In this document: positions 56,647 through 63,644 of the stretch, piece by piece
Numbering within the stretch: position 1 is the stretch's first letter
Layout: each line of letters starts with the position of its first letter
NCBI GenBank assembly: GCA_903847335.1
Contig: CAINDI010000126.1
Coordinates: 1 to 63,644, forward strand
Direction of reading: 5' to 3'
DNA length: 63,644 nt
Source of the DNA: an uncultured Verrucomicrobiota bacterium
GTDB lineage: Bacteria; Verrucomicrobiota; Verrucomicrobiia; Palsa-1439
Translations under genes and position numbers: made by a program
The notes under the pieces: model-generated
Database searches by the model: none
Told to the model about the DNA's origin: nothing
The model's input: the letters and a program-made list of their open reading frames with translations, nothing else

Positions 56647-57711
56647 CTATTGTGCCACTTTCACAGTCGTGCCGGGCCGGGCTTTTTGTAGTCCTTCCAC
56701 AATCACTCGTTCGCCAGCGGCCAAACCACCGGTGACGAGCCATTTGTCTCCAATCGCCCGGTCGAGCGTGAGCATTCGCACTTCCACGATACCGGCGGCG
56801 TTGACAATCAGCACCAGCGGATTTCCCTTCGGATCGCGCGTCACCGCCGGCTGAGGAATGAGAATGGCGGTGTCGTTGACGCCTTCTTTCACTGCCGTGC
56901 GCACGAACATTCCCGGCAACAGCACACCGTGAGGATTCGGAAAAATCATCCGCAACGTCACCGTGGCCGTCGTCGGATCAACCGAGACGTCCCGGAACTG
57001 GAACGTTCCTTCTTCCGGATACTTCGTGCCATCTTCGAGAATCAACTGCACTACATTTTGATTGTGCCCGGCGCGGTTCAACTGTGCCCGCTGCAGCCGC
57101 AGCAATTCGGAAGTGGATTGCGGCACGTCCACATACACCGGATCCAATTGTTGGATTGTCGCCAGTGGTGTCAGTTGATACGCTGTCACAATTGCGCCGT
57201 CCGTCACGCTCGATTTCCCAATCCGCCCGGCAATCGGCGCCGTGATTTTCGTGTATGCCAGATTGAGGCGCGCCGTTTCCAAATCCGCTACGGCCTGTTT
57301 CAGAGCCGCATCCGCATCATCAAAATCCTGCTGACTCACCGCCTTCGAGCCCAGCGCCGATTGAATGCGTTCCGCGCGCAATCGAATGGATGTCAAATTC
57401 GCCTTCGCTTTATCGAACAGTGCTTGCAACGGCGCGGGGTCAATCTGATAAAGTTCCTGCCCGACCTGCACATCCGCGCCCTCAGTGAAGAGCCGTTTCT
57501 GAATCAGGCCATTCACTTGCGGCCGGATTTCCGCAACGAGATAAGGTGAGATGCGTCCCGGCAACTCTGTCGTCAGCACCAGTGGTTGCGGAGTTACCGT
57601 GACCACCGCGACCTCCGGTAGCGGCGGCGTTGCCGCTGGTTTATTTCCGCCCGAACAACCGGCCGCGATCAGGCCGATCACCACATACCAAAAACTATTT
57701 CTTTTTATCAT
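56647..57711 (-). CDS. RND efflux periplasmic adaptor (AcrA-like membrane fusion lipoprotein)
   Basis: ORF 56647..57729. Start at MIKRNSFWYVVIGLIAAGCSG (lipobox). Coiled-coil hairpin and barrel domains typical of MFPs. Confidence 0.88.
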   Translation of the reverse strand: MIKRNSFWYVVIGLIAAGCSGGNKPAATPPLPEVAVVTVTPQPLVLTTELPGRISPYLVAEIRPQVNGLIQKRLFTEGADVQVGQELYQIDPAPLQALFDKAKANLTSIRLRAERIQSALGSKAVSQQDFDDADAALKQAVADLETARLNLAYTKITAPIAGRIGKSSVTDGAIVTAYQLTPLATIQQLDPVYVDVPQSTSELLRLQRAQLNRAGHNQNVVQLILEDGTKYPEEGTFQFRDVSVDPTTATVTLRMIFPNPHGVLLPGMFVRTAVKEGVNDTAILIPQPAVTRDPKGNPLVLIVNAAGIVEVRMLTLDRAIGDKWLVTGGLAAGERVIVEGLQKARPGTTVKVAQ

Positions 57712-59110
57712 TTGCAGTCTCCCATCCACCGCCGAGCGCTTTATACAACGCCACTAGATTGCTCAACACCGCGCGTTCACTGTCAGCGAGCTGGTCTTCC
57801 GTTTGGTAAAGCGACCGTTCCGCATCCAGCACGTTCAAGAAATTACCCAGACCTTTTGTGTAAAGTTCATTCGCTAATTCTAATGCGCGCCGGTTCGCCG
57901 CCACTGCCTCCGCCAGCGCGAGCTGCCGGTCCTTTTCGCTGTTGTAAGCAATGAGCGAATCATCCACTTCCGCAAAGGCCACCAACACCGTTTTTTCATA
58001 CGCCGCCAACGTCTGTTCGGCGTGCGCATTCGCCGCTTTAATCTGACTGCGCACATGGCCGATATCAAAAATCCGCCACGTCAACATCGGTCCCGCCGCC
58101 CAGTATTTACTGCCGCTGCCGAAAAAATTACCGGCGCTCAAGCTCTGTAATCCACCGGTGGCCAGTAATGAAAATTTCGGAAACAATTCCGCAGTCGCCA
58201 CGCCGATAATAGCGGTGTCGGCAGCTAATTGCCGTTCAGCGCGCCGCACATCCGGTCGCCGTCGTAATAACTCCGATGGCATGCCGAGCGGCACCACCGG
58301 TGGCACGGTCGGATCGGACATTTCGCACGCCAGTTCCGTCAGCGGCGCGGAACCCGGCTCACGACCGGTGAGAATGCCGATTTGGTTTTCTCCGTGACGA
58401 AACGCGGTTTCAAGCGCCGGCAGTTGCGCTCGCGTGGTGGCCAGCAACGCTTCGGCTTGTTTCACGTCGAGTTCGCTGGTGAGACCGGCATTGAACCGGG
58501 CGCGCGCAATTTTGACCGCTTCGGTTTGCGCTGTGATATTTTCCGTGGCAATTCGGTACCGGCGTTTGTAGCCGCGCACTTCGATGTAGTTGCGCGCCAC
58601 TTCGGCCAGCACGCTGACGAGCACCGCGCGCCGGTCTTCGGCGACAGTTTGGAACAACGCATTCGCTTCTTGAACTTCCCGGCGCAGACCGCCAAAAATA
58701 TCAATCTCCCAACTCGCATCGAAATGTCCGTCGTAAAGGTCGGTGTGATATTGCGGCAGCGCGGCGAGTTGAGCATTGCGCGCCGTCTGCTGGTCGCGAT
58801 AACTGCCGGTACCGGTAATCGTCGGCCCCAGATTCCAATACGCACCGGCCCGCAACGCTCGCGCTTCCCGGAGCCGGCCTTCGGCGATGCGCAAATCGAG
58901 ATTGTTCGTGACGGCGCGGCTGATGAGCGAGTTGAGCAATGGGTCGTTGAAAGTTTTCCACCAGTCATTGACCGGCGGCGCGTTATTCGTCTGGCTGGAG
59001 TTCCAAGCCGCCGGTGCTTTGGGTTTCGGCGAATGGTAATCCGGTCCGACCGCACAGCCGGCCAGCCAGCCGGTCACGAGCGGCAACAGAAGTATAAGTT
59101 TTAATTTCAT
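57695..59110 (-). CDS. outer-membrane efflux lipoprotein, NodT/OprM family
   Basis: Lipobox LAGCAVGPDY and two OEP repeats. 471 aa. Confidence 0.88.
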   Translation of the reverse strand: MKLKLILLLPLVTGWLAGCAVGPDYHSPKPKAPAAWNSSQTNNAPPVNDWWKTFNDPLLNSLISRAVTNNLDLRIAEGRLREARALRAGAYWNLGPTITGTGSYRDQQTARNAQLAALPQYHTDLYDGHFDASWEIDIFGGLRREVQEANALFQTVAEDRRAVLVSVLAEVARNYIEVRGYKRRYRIATENITAQTEAVKIARARFNAGLTSELDVKQAEALLATTRAQLPALETAFRHGENQIGILTGREPGSAPLTELACEMSDPTVPPVVPLGMPSELLRRRPDVRRAERQLAADTAIIGVATAELFPKFSLLATGGLQSLSAGNFFGSGSKYWAAGPMLTWRIFDIGHVRSQIKAANAHAEQTLAAYEKTVLVAFAEVDDSLIAYNSEKDRQLALAEAVAANRRALELANELYTKGLGNFLNVLDAERSLYQTEDQLADSERAVLSNLVALYKALGGGWETANDKKK

Positions 59111-59123
59111 AATTTTCTTTCGT

Positions 59124-60716
59124 TCAATGCGCTAAGCTCACCGCGCCGGGCCGGCTACGTTTCATCAGAAATGCCAATGGCACAAACAACAGCACCAGCA
59201 CGCCCATTAAAAAAAAGTTGTCGATATACGCCAGCAAGCGGGCTTGTCGAGCGACGACGGCGCCAATCAAACCGACGGCTTGTTGTTGCGCCGTCCACAC
59301 CGAACTGCCGGCGTGAACCAGCCAGCCGGTGAGTTGGTGCGTGCCAGCTCGGAGTGTTGCGTTACCGGTGGTGAGATGACTACTGAGCACGTTCTGGTGA
59401 AATTGTTCCCGACGCGCCAGAATCGTGGTGACCATGGAAATGCCGACGCTGCCGCCGATGTTCCGAGCGAGATTGATGAGTCCGGAAGCGGCGTTATTTT
59501 TGTCGCGCGCCAGAAATGCGTACGCCGCGACATTTACTGGCAGAAAGATAAACGGCAGCGCGGCGGACTGATAAACGCGCGCCAACATCAGCGTATTAAA
59601 ATCCACCGCGAGATTGAACCGGCACATGTAAAACATCGAGAGACCCAACACCAGGAAGCCGGCTGCGAGCACTTTCCGCACGTCAAAATGCGTGACCAGA
59701 AATCCAGAAATCGGCATCAGGAACATAATCAAAATCGCCCCCGGCGTAATTACCATCCCGGAAAGCATCGCCGTGTAGCCCATCAGTTCCTGCGTGAACT
59801 GCGGCAGCAACACCGTGCTTCCGTACAAGACGACACCGAGGATAAAAAGCAAAATGGTGGCCATCGCAAAATTCCGTTGCTTGAACAGCCGCAAGTCCAC
59901 CACCGGATCTTTCGTGCGCAATTCCCAAAACACCGCCGCCACCAGCGCCACCACGAAAATCCACGTCAGCACCACGATATACGGCGTCTCAAACCAATCT
60001 TCGCGCTGGCCTTTATCGAGCACGATTTGCAAACAGGCTAAGCCGATGACAATTAAGCCAAATCCGATGTAATCCACCCGCCGGCGGACTTGCTGCCGTT
60101 CTTTCAGATACGGCGGATCGGCAATCATCCGGTAGGTTAGCCAAAGTGACACGATGCCCACCGGAATGTTGATGAGAAAAATCCACCGCCAACTAAAATT
60201 ATCCGTGATCCAGCCGCCAAGCGTCGGCCCCAACGCCGGCGCTGCCACCACCGCCATGCCATACACCGCAAATGCCATGCCGCGTTTCGCCGGCGGGAAA
60301 GTGTCGGCGAGAATGGCCTGTTCACTCGGTTGCAAACCACCGCCGCCGATGCCTTGTAAAATTCGGAAAAACACCAACCACCCCAGACTCGGCGCGAGTC
60401 CGCAGAGCAACGAGCTCACTGTAAATAATGTCACGCAACTCATATAAAATCGTTTTCGTCCAATTCGATCTGAAAACCAACCGCTCAACGGCAAAATCAC
60501 CGCGTTCGCCACCAGATACGAAGTCAGCACCCACGTGCTTTCGTCCAACCCCGCCGACAAATTGCCGGCAATGTGCGGCAGCGAAACGTTCGCCACGCTG
60601 GTGTCGAGCACTTCCATAAACGTCGCCAGCGTCACCACCAACGCAATCAACCACGGACTGTGCTTCGGTTTCCAAACCGCTTCGTCGTGCCGGAATTGTG
60701 GTGCGGCTTCGCTCAT
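59124..60716 (-). CDS. MFS drug:H+ antiporter, DHA2 (EmrB/QacA, 14-TM) family
   Basis: LATFMEVLDTSVANVSLPHIAG start, the GWFSDRIGRKR motif and 530 aa. Confidence 0.88.
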   Translation of the reverse strand: MSEAAPQFRHDEAVWKPKHSPWLIALVVTLATFMEVLDTSVANVSLPHIAGNLSAGLDESTWVLTSYLVANAVILPLSGWFSDRIGRKRFYMSCVTLFTVSSLLCGLAPSLGWLVFFRILQGIGGGGLQPSEQAILADTFPPAKRGMAFAVYGMAVVAAPALGPTLGGWITDNFSWRWIFLINIPVGIVSLWLTYRMIADPPYLKERQQVRRRVDYIGFGLIVIGLACLQIVLDKGQREDWFETPYIVVLTWIFVVALVAAVFWELRTKDPVVDLRLFKQRNFAMATILLFILGVVLYGSTVLLPQFTQELMGYTAMLSGMVITPGAILIMFLMPISGFLVTHFDVRKVLAAGFLVLGLSMFYMCRFNLAVDFNTLMLARVYQSAALPFIFLPVNVAAYAFLARDKNNAASGLINLARNIGGSVGISMVTTILARREQFHQNVLSSHLTTGNATLRAGTHQLTGWLVHAGSSVWTAQQQAVGLIGAVVARQARLLAYIDNFFLMGVLVLLFVPLAFLMKRSRPGAVSLAH

Positions 60717-61759
60717 CGCACTTTAACGACCGGCACCACCGACGCGCCGAGTGGAAAACGCGGCACATCGGTTTCATCAAACAAAATCTTCACCGGCACC
60801 CGCTGCACTACTTTGACATAATTGCCGGCGGCATTTTCCGGCGGCAACAAACTGAATTGCGCTCCGGTCCCGGCTTGAATACTATCCACGTGACCTTTGA
60901 ATACCCGATCCGAAAACGCATCCACTTTGATACTGACCAGCTGGCCCGGTTTCATCTGCGCCAATTGCGTTTCCTTGAAATTTGCCGTCACCCATTCGTG
61001 TTCCGCCACAATCGCAAGCAACCCTTGACCCGGCTGTAATAGTTGACCGACTTCCACCGCCCGATGCGTTATCCAACCATCCACCGGTGCCGTAATTTTC
61101 GTGTACGACAAATCCAACTCCGCTTGTCGGACCGCGACGGCCGCTTGTTCCACGCCGGTTTCCGTGATGGCAATTTGTGATTTCGCCAAACCGATTTGCG
61201 CTTCGGAAACTGCCGTTCGTTTCTGCGCCACTTCCAATGCGGCACCGGCGGCTTGCGCCGTCGCCACTGCCGCATCGAGTTGCTGCTGCGAAATCGCCCG
61301 GCTCTCAATCGCCCGGTACCGTTCCAAATCCGCCTGCGCGCGCCGGGCTTCCGCCGCCGCCGACACCACCGCCGCGCGATCTTGCGCCGCCGTCGCTTCC
61401 GCAACCGTTACCAAAATCTGTGCCTGCGCTTGCCGGCTGCGCGCCGCTGCTAAATTCGCCTGCGCCGCTTCGAGTTTCACCTCGTGGTCTCGCGAATCAA
61501 TCTGCACCAGCAAGTCGCCTTTTTTCACGTGTTGATTATCGGCAATCGGCAATTGCATCACGTGCCCGGAAACTTTCGGACTGATTTGAATCGCCCGGCC
61601 ATCAATGAATGCGTCGTCCGTCGTCTCGTACGGCCGGACAGCGGCGAAATAATACGCCGCCGCGAGCACGGCGAGCGCCGGGAGCACAATCAGTGCAATG
61701 CGCTGGAGGTTTTGGTTGCGCTGACCGTTACTGGTGGTTGGTTCGGTTGGAGTTGTCAT
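60713..61759 (-). CDS. HlyD/EmrA-family membrane fusion protein
   Basis: ORF 60713..61927. Start at MTTPTEP (ATG 61759), 5 nt after the TetR stop. A single TM, a long Ala/Gln-rich coiled coil and a beta-barrel. ATGA overlap with the MFS gene. Confidence 0.85.
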   Translation of the reverse strand: MTTPTEPTTSNGQRNQNLQRIALIVLPALAVLAAAYYFAAVRPYETTDDAFIDGRAIQISPKVSGHVMQLPIADNQHVKKGDLLVQIDSRDHEVKLEAAQANLAAARSRQAQAQILVTVAEATAAQDRAAVVSAAAEARRAQADLERYRAIESRAISQQQLDAAVATAQAAGAALEVAQKRTAVSEAQIGLAKSQIAITETGVEQAAVAVRQAELDLSYTKITAPVDGWITHRAVEVGQLLQPGQGLLAIVAEHEWVTANFKETQLAQMKPGQLVSIKVDAFSDRVFKGHVDSIQAGTGAQFSLLPPENAAGNYVKVVQRVPVKILFDETDVPRFPLGASVVPVVKVR

Positions 61760-61764
61760 AAATT

Positions 61765-62388
61765 TTATTTGGTCGCTTGCCGAATCCCGGCCAGCGAAAA
61801 TTGCGTGATGTGCTTTGCTAAACGTTCGAGATCCGCCGGTGCGAAACCTTGTTCCGGATGAATGTGTTGAATCGCCGGGCGCGAGTTTTGAAAATAGAGG
61901 CATTGCCCCAAAATGCTGAACAAACATTGCCGGACCACCGCGACCGAGGCCGGCCGACTCGCTAAGTCGCGCACAATCATTTCAAGTTGTTTGAGCGCCG
62001 GCGCGTACACTTTATCAATTAACGCTGCGAGCGCTTTCGTCGGCTCCGCCATTTCGTGCGCGATTAACTTGCTGTGCCACGACGGCCGGCCTTCGTCAAA
62101 AATTCGGAGCAACAATGACCGGACAAACGCGAGCAGTCGCTCCTCGCCGGTAGCAGTTGGTTTCAAGCCGAGCGTCGGTGGATATTTTTTTAACGCCGCC
62201 TCCGAGCAGGACTTCAACACCGCAAAGTACAGTCCTTCTTTGTCGCCGAAGTGGTAATTGACCGCCGCGATATTGGCTCCGGCGCGCTGGCAAATTTCCC
62301 GGACGGTGGCCGCCCGAAAACCGCGCGTCGCAAAAATCTCACCGGCGGCTTCGAGCAATCGTTGCTGAGTTTCTAGATTCGTTCGCAT
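61765..62388 (-). CDS. TetR/AcrR family transcriptional regulator
   Basis: HTH region RLLEAAGEIFATRGFRAATVREICQRAGANIAAVNYHFGDKEGLY. ATG at 62388 preferred over the TTG at 62394. Confidence 0.88.
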   Translation of the reverse strand: MRTNLETQQRLLEAAGEIFATRGFRAATVREICQRAGANIAAVNYHFGDKEGLYFAVLKSCSEAALKKYPPTLGLKPTATGEERLLAFVRSLLLRIFDEGRPSWHSKLIAHEMAEPTKALAALIDKVYAPALKQLEMIVRDLASRPASVAVVRQCLFSILGQCLYFQNSRPAIQHIHPEQGFAPADLERLAKHITQFSLAGIRQATK

Positions 62389-62391
62389 TTT

Positions 62392-62405
62392 CAAACATAT
62401 GTTTG
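62392..62405. promoter_or_regulatory. candidate TetR operator: perfect 14-bp palindrome CAAACATATGTTTG
   Basis: Perfect inverted repeat 4 nt upstream of the TetR ATG. A consensus TTGACA (minus strand, 62428-62423) lies 17 nt upstream of the palindrome. Confidence 0.5.
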
Positions 62406-62529
62406 GAACGATTGTTTTAATTTGTCAAGCCCACATAGATCGGAAGCGTCGGATGATCCGATTCAAGTAAAACATAATTAGAGCATTAAATTGGCGGGGA
62501 ATTGGCGCAAGCTTGTCCCCCGTCTTTGT

Positions 62530-63242
62530 TTACAAGACTGCTTTGGGGATAATTCTCAGGCGGAAGCACGAATCGGAATGATGTTGGTTGCTGCAGTCGG
62601 CCGTAATGCCCAGAATTTTAGCCGCTGCTTCGGTGACCAACGCCTTATAATATGCATGCAGAATGTCTGGATTTCGATGCCTCATCAGTCTGGCTGTCTT
62701 AATTTCATCGCCAAACGCGTGCCGCAACGCATTATCTAGCCAGTTCGTCCCCAGTAATTTCCCCCAAACGCCGATTACCTAACTGTTCCGTAAATCTTCC
62801 CAATCGATGTTTGAGTTCCAGAATTGTCGTTGGCCGTCGATTCCCGCGCTCTTTTTCTTTGATTAGCTTTTAAACAATTTCGCTAACGGTCGGAGATCCG
62901 CGGTAAACGAGCACATGTTTCACATAGTATTCAACCGCTTCGGTGAGCGAGGAATTATATGGCTGGAACAGTTTGTCAGCACTTACTGGCCTCCACCCTT
63001 TTCTCCATCGGTAATAAAAATGCTGCCACCCCTTCCTGTTGAGTCATCTTCCGAATCTACAGTGCCGATCTTCAGCCTCATCCCTAGTCCAAAATGTCTC
63101 CCGAATCCGCTGACCATCAAGCATCACCTCGATCTGATAAGCGGTATTGCCAGTCGGATACTTCCGCTGTATTATCGTTGGCTATGTCGGTTTTAAGGAT
63201 GATTTCGCAGAGTTATTTAGTGGGAACACGTTTCGTACTCAT
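62530..63242 (-). pseudogene. decayed tyrosine recombinase (phage-type integrase) gene
   Basis: Manual minus-strand translation gives integrase-like pieces in different frames, broken by stops. The pieces are MSTKRVPTK*, RKYPTGNTAYQIEVMLDGQRIRETFWTRDEAEDRH, LTEAVEYYVKHVLVYRGSPTVSEIV*KLIKEKERGNRRPTTILELKHRLGRFTEQLGNRRLGEITGDELAR, and then, after a frameshift, WLDNALRHAFGDEIKTARLMRHRNPDILHAYYKALVTEAAAKILGI. The catalytic core between the N-terminal domain and the box II / Tyr region is missing (~713 nt versus ~1.1-1.3 kb expected). Confidence 0.75.
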
Positions 63243-63301
63243 GTTGCCTGAGATTGCCACTTATTACCACTTGTGGCCAACGATTTGTTGTAAGTGCTTG
63301 T

Positions 63302-63378
63302 GCGCCCGTAGCTCAATTGGATAGAGCATTGGTCTTCGGAACCAAGGGTTGTGGGTTCAAATCCCTCCGGGCGTACCA
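63302..63378 (+). tRNA. tRNA-Arg (anticodon TCG), CCA encoded
   Basis: GCGCCCGTAGCTCAATTGGATAGAGC (acceptor plus D arm), anticodon stem TTGGT/ACCAA with loop CTTCGGA, T arm GTGGGTTCAAATCCCTC, and acceptor 3-prime CGGGCGT-A-CCA with a G1-U72 wobble. Confidence 0.9.
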
Positions 63379-63525
63379 TTTATAGCGTTTGTAATAAAGT
63401 ACTTACTGTAAACGGCGGTCGAAAAGTGCAACGGGTGGCGGTCCAATAGTGTAGCACCCATGGGGGTTTGATACTGCAATCAGCGGACGAGGTCAAGGAC
63501 TCGTGAGTGGAGGAAGAGCCCCCCT

Positions 63526-63556
63526 TTGCCCTCCCCCGAGGGGGAGGGCAATTTTT
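63526..63556 (+). terminator. strong hairpin followed by T-run (terminator-like; function unassigned)
   Basis: 11-bp stem ttgccctcccc / ggggagggcaa, loop cgag, then ttttt. Lies between the tRNA and the istB-like stop. Confidence 0.5.
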
Positions 63557-63575
63557 CGCGGGCTGGTCTGGTTGA

Positions 63576-63644
63576 TTATTTTCGGCGGCGGGCTTTGGCC
63601 TGACGGAGACGATAACTCTCGCCGTTGGCTTCCAAGATATGCAC
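63576..63644 (-). mobile_element. istB: 3-prime end (last 22 codons) of an IS21-family istB-like ATPase gene; the element continues beyond the window
   Basis: Minus-strand translation from the window edge reads VHILEANGESYRLRQAKARRRK-stop. The H.L...GESYRL tail is characteristic of IstB helper proteins. Only 69 nt are visible. Confidence 0.5.

Noticed and set aside
62915-63196. 93-aa plus-strand ORF between tetR and the tRNA.
   Set aside because: It is the antisense shadow of the integrase pseudogene. The minus strand carries recognisable integrase segments.
63480-63525. Possible SRP (4.5S) RNA domain IV: GGUCAAGGACUCGUGAGUGGAGGAAGAGCC vaguely resembles GGUCAGGUCCGGAAGGAAGCAGCC.
   Set aside because: The conserved GGAA tetraloop helix and the AGCA/GGAA symmetric-loop arrangement cannot be drawn. 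The flanking long helix of 4.5S RNA is absent. The region more likely belongs to the end of an IS or a tRNA trailer.
1-63644. Scanned for CRISPR arrays, rRNA genes, tandem intergenic repeats, and obvious defence or toxin-antitoxin gene pairs.
   Set aside because: No regularly spaced direct repeats, no rRNA-like conserved stretches and no short paired ORFs of TA type were seen. The only repeat structure found is the intragenic Ig-repeat array of the S8 protease.

Overview
This is a densely coded 63.6-kb stretch of bacterial chromosome. I support about 60 protein genes, 1 tRNA, no rRNA and no CRISPR array. GC content is heterogeneous: by hand count, 60-nt lines range from about 17% to about 65%. 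Genes sit in long unidirectional trains with many 4-nt ATGA/GTGA stop-start overlaps.

Most of the content is core housekeeping:
- lysA, two CspA-family genes, M3 oligoendopeptidase, dnaE, a UbiD-family decarboxylase, pdxB, thiD, comEC and rmuC.
- A leuC-like gene and the conserved coaD-yceD-rpmF-plsX-fabH cluster.
- pilT, mnmE-mnmG, the pyrR-pyrB-pyrC-carA operon, a family-4 UDG, rluD, lgt, polX and ppa.

Envelope and accessory content:
- An alginate-export-type porin and a Wzc-like chain-length/kinase protein.
- A 1182-aa S8 protease with Ig-like repeats.
- A six-gene TetR-controlled efflux operon: EmrAB-like MFS pump, one outer-membrane factor, AcrAB-like RND pump.

The right edge is the only clearly mobile-element-associated part. 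It holds a frameshifted, internally deleted tyrosine integrase, tRNA-Arg(UCG), and the tail of an IS21-type istB.

I did not find a convincing, self-evident novel multi-gene system such as a defence island, CRISPR, retron or toxin-antitoxin pair. The best candidates for follow-up are:
1. A sharp AT-rich compositional patch that starts inside mnmE and covers mnmG.
2. A translationally coupled module of an FHA protein, a small secreted protein and DJ-1, followed after a 77-nt gap by a paralogous small secreted protein.
3. An orphan Wzc-like protein with an embedded Wza-like segment and no tyrosine tail.
4. The composite efflux operon next to the decayed integrase/tRNA hotspot.
5. A divergent, short MIPS-like gene.

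All family assignments come from motif recognition by eye, not from database searches. Start codons were chosen manually and may be off by a few codons.
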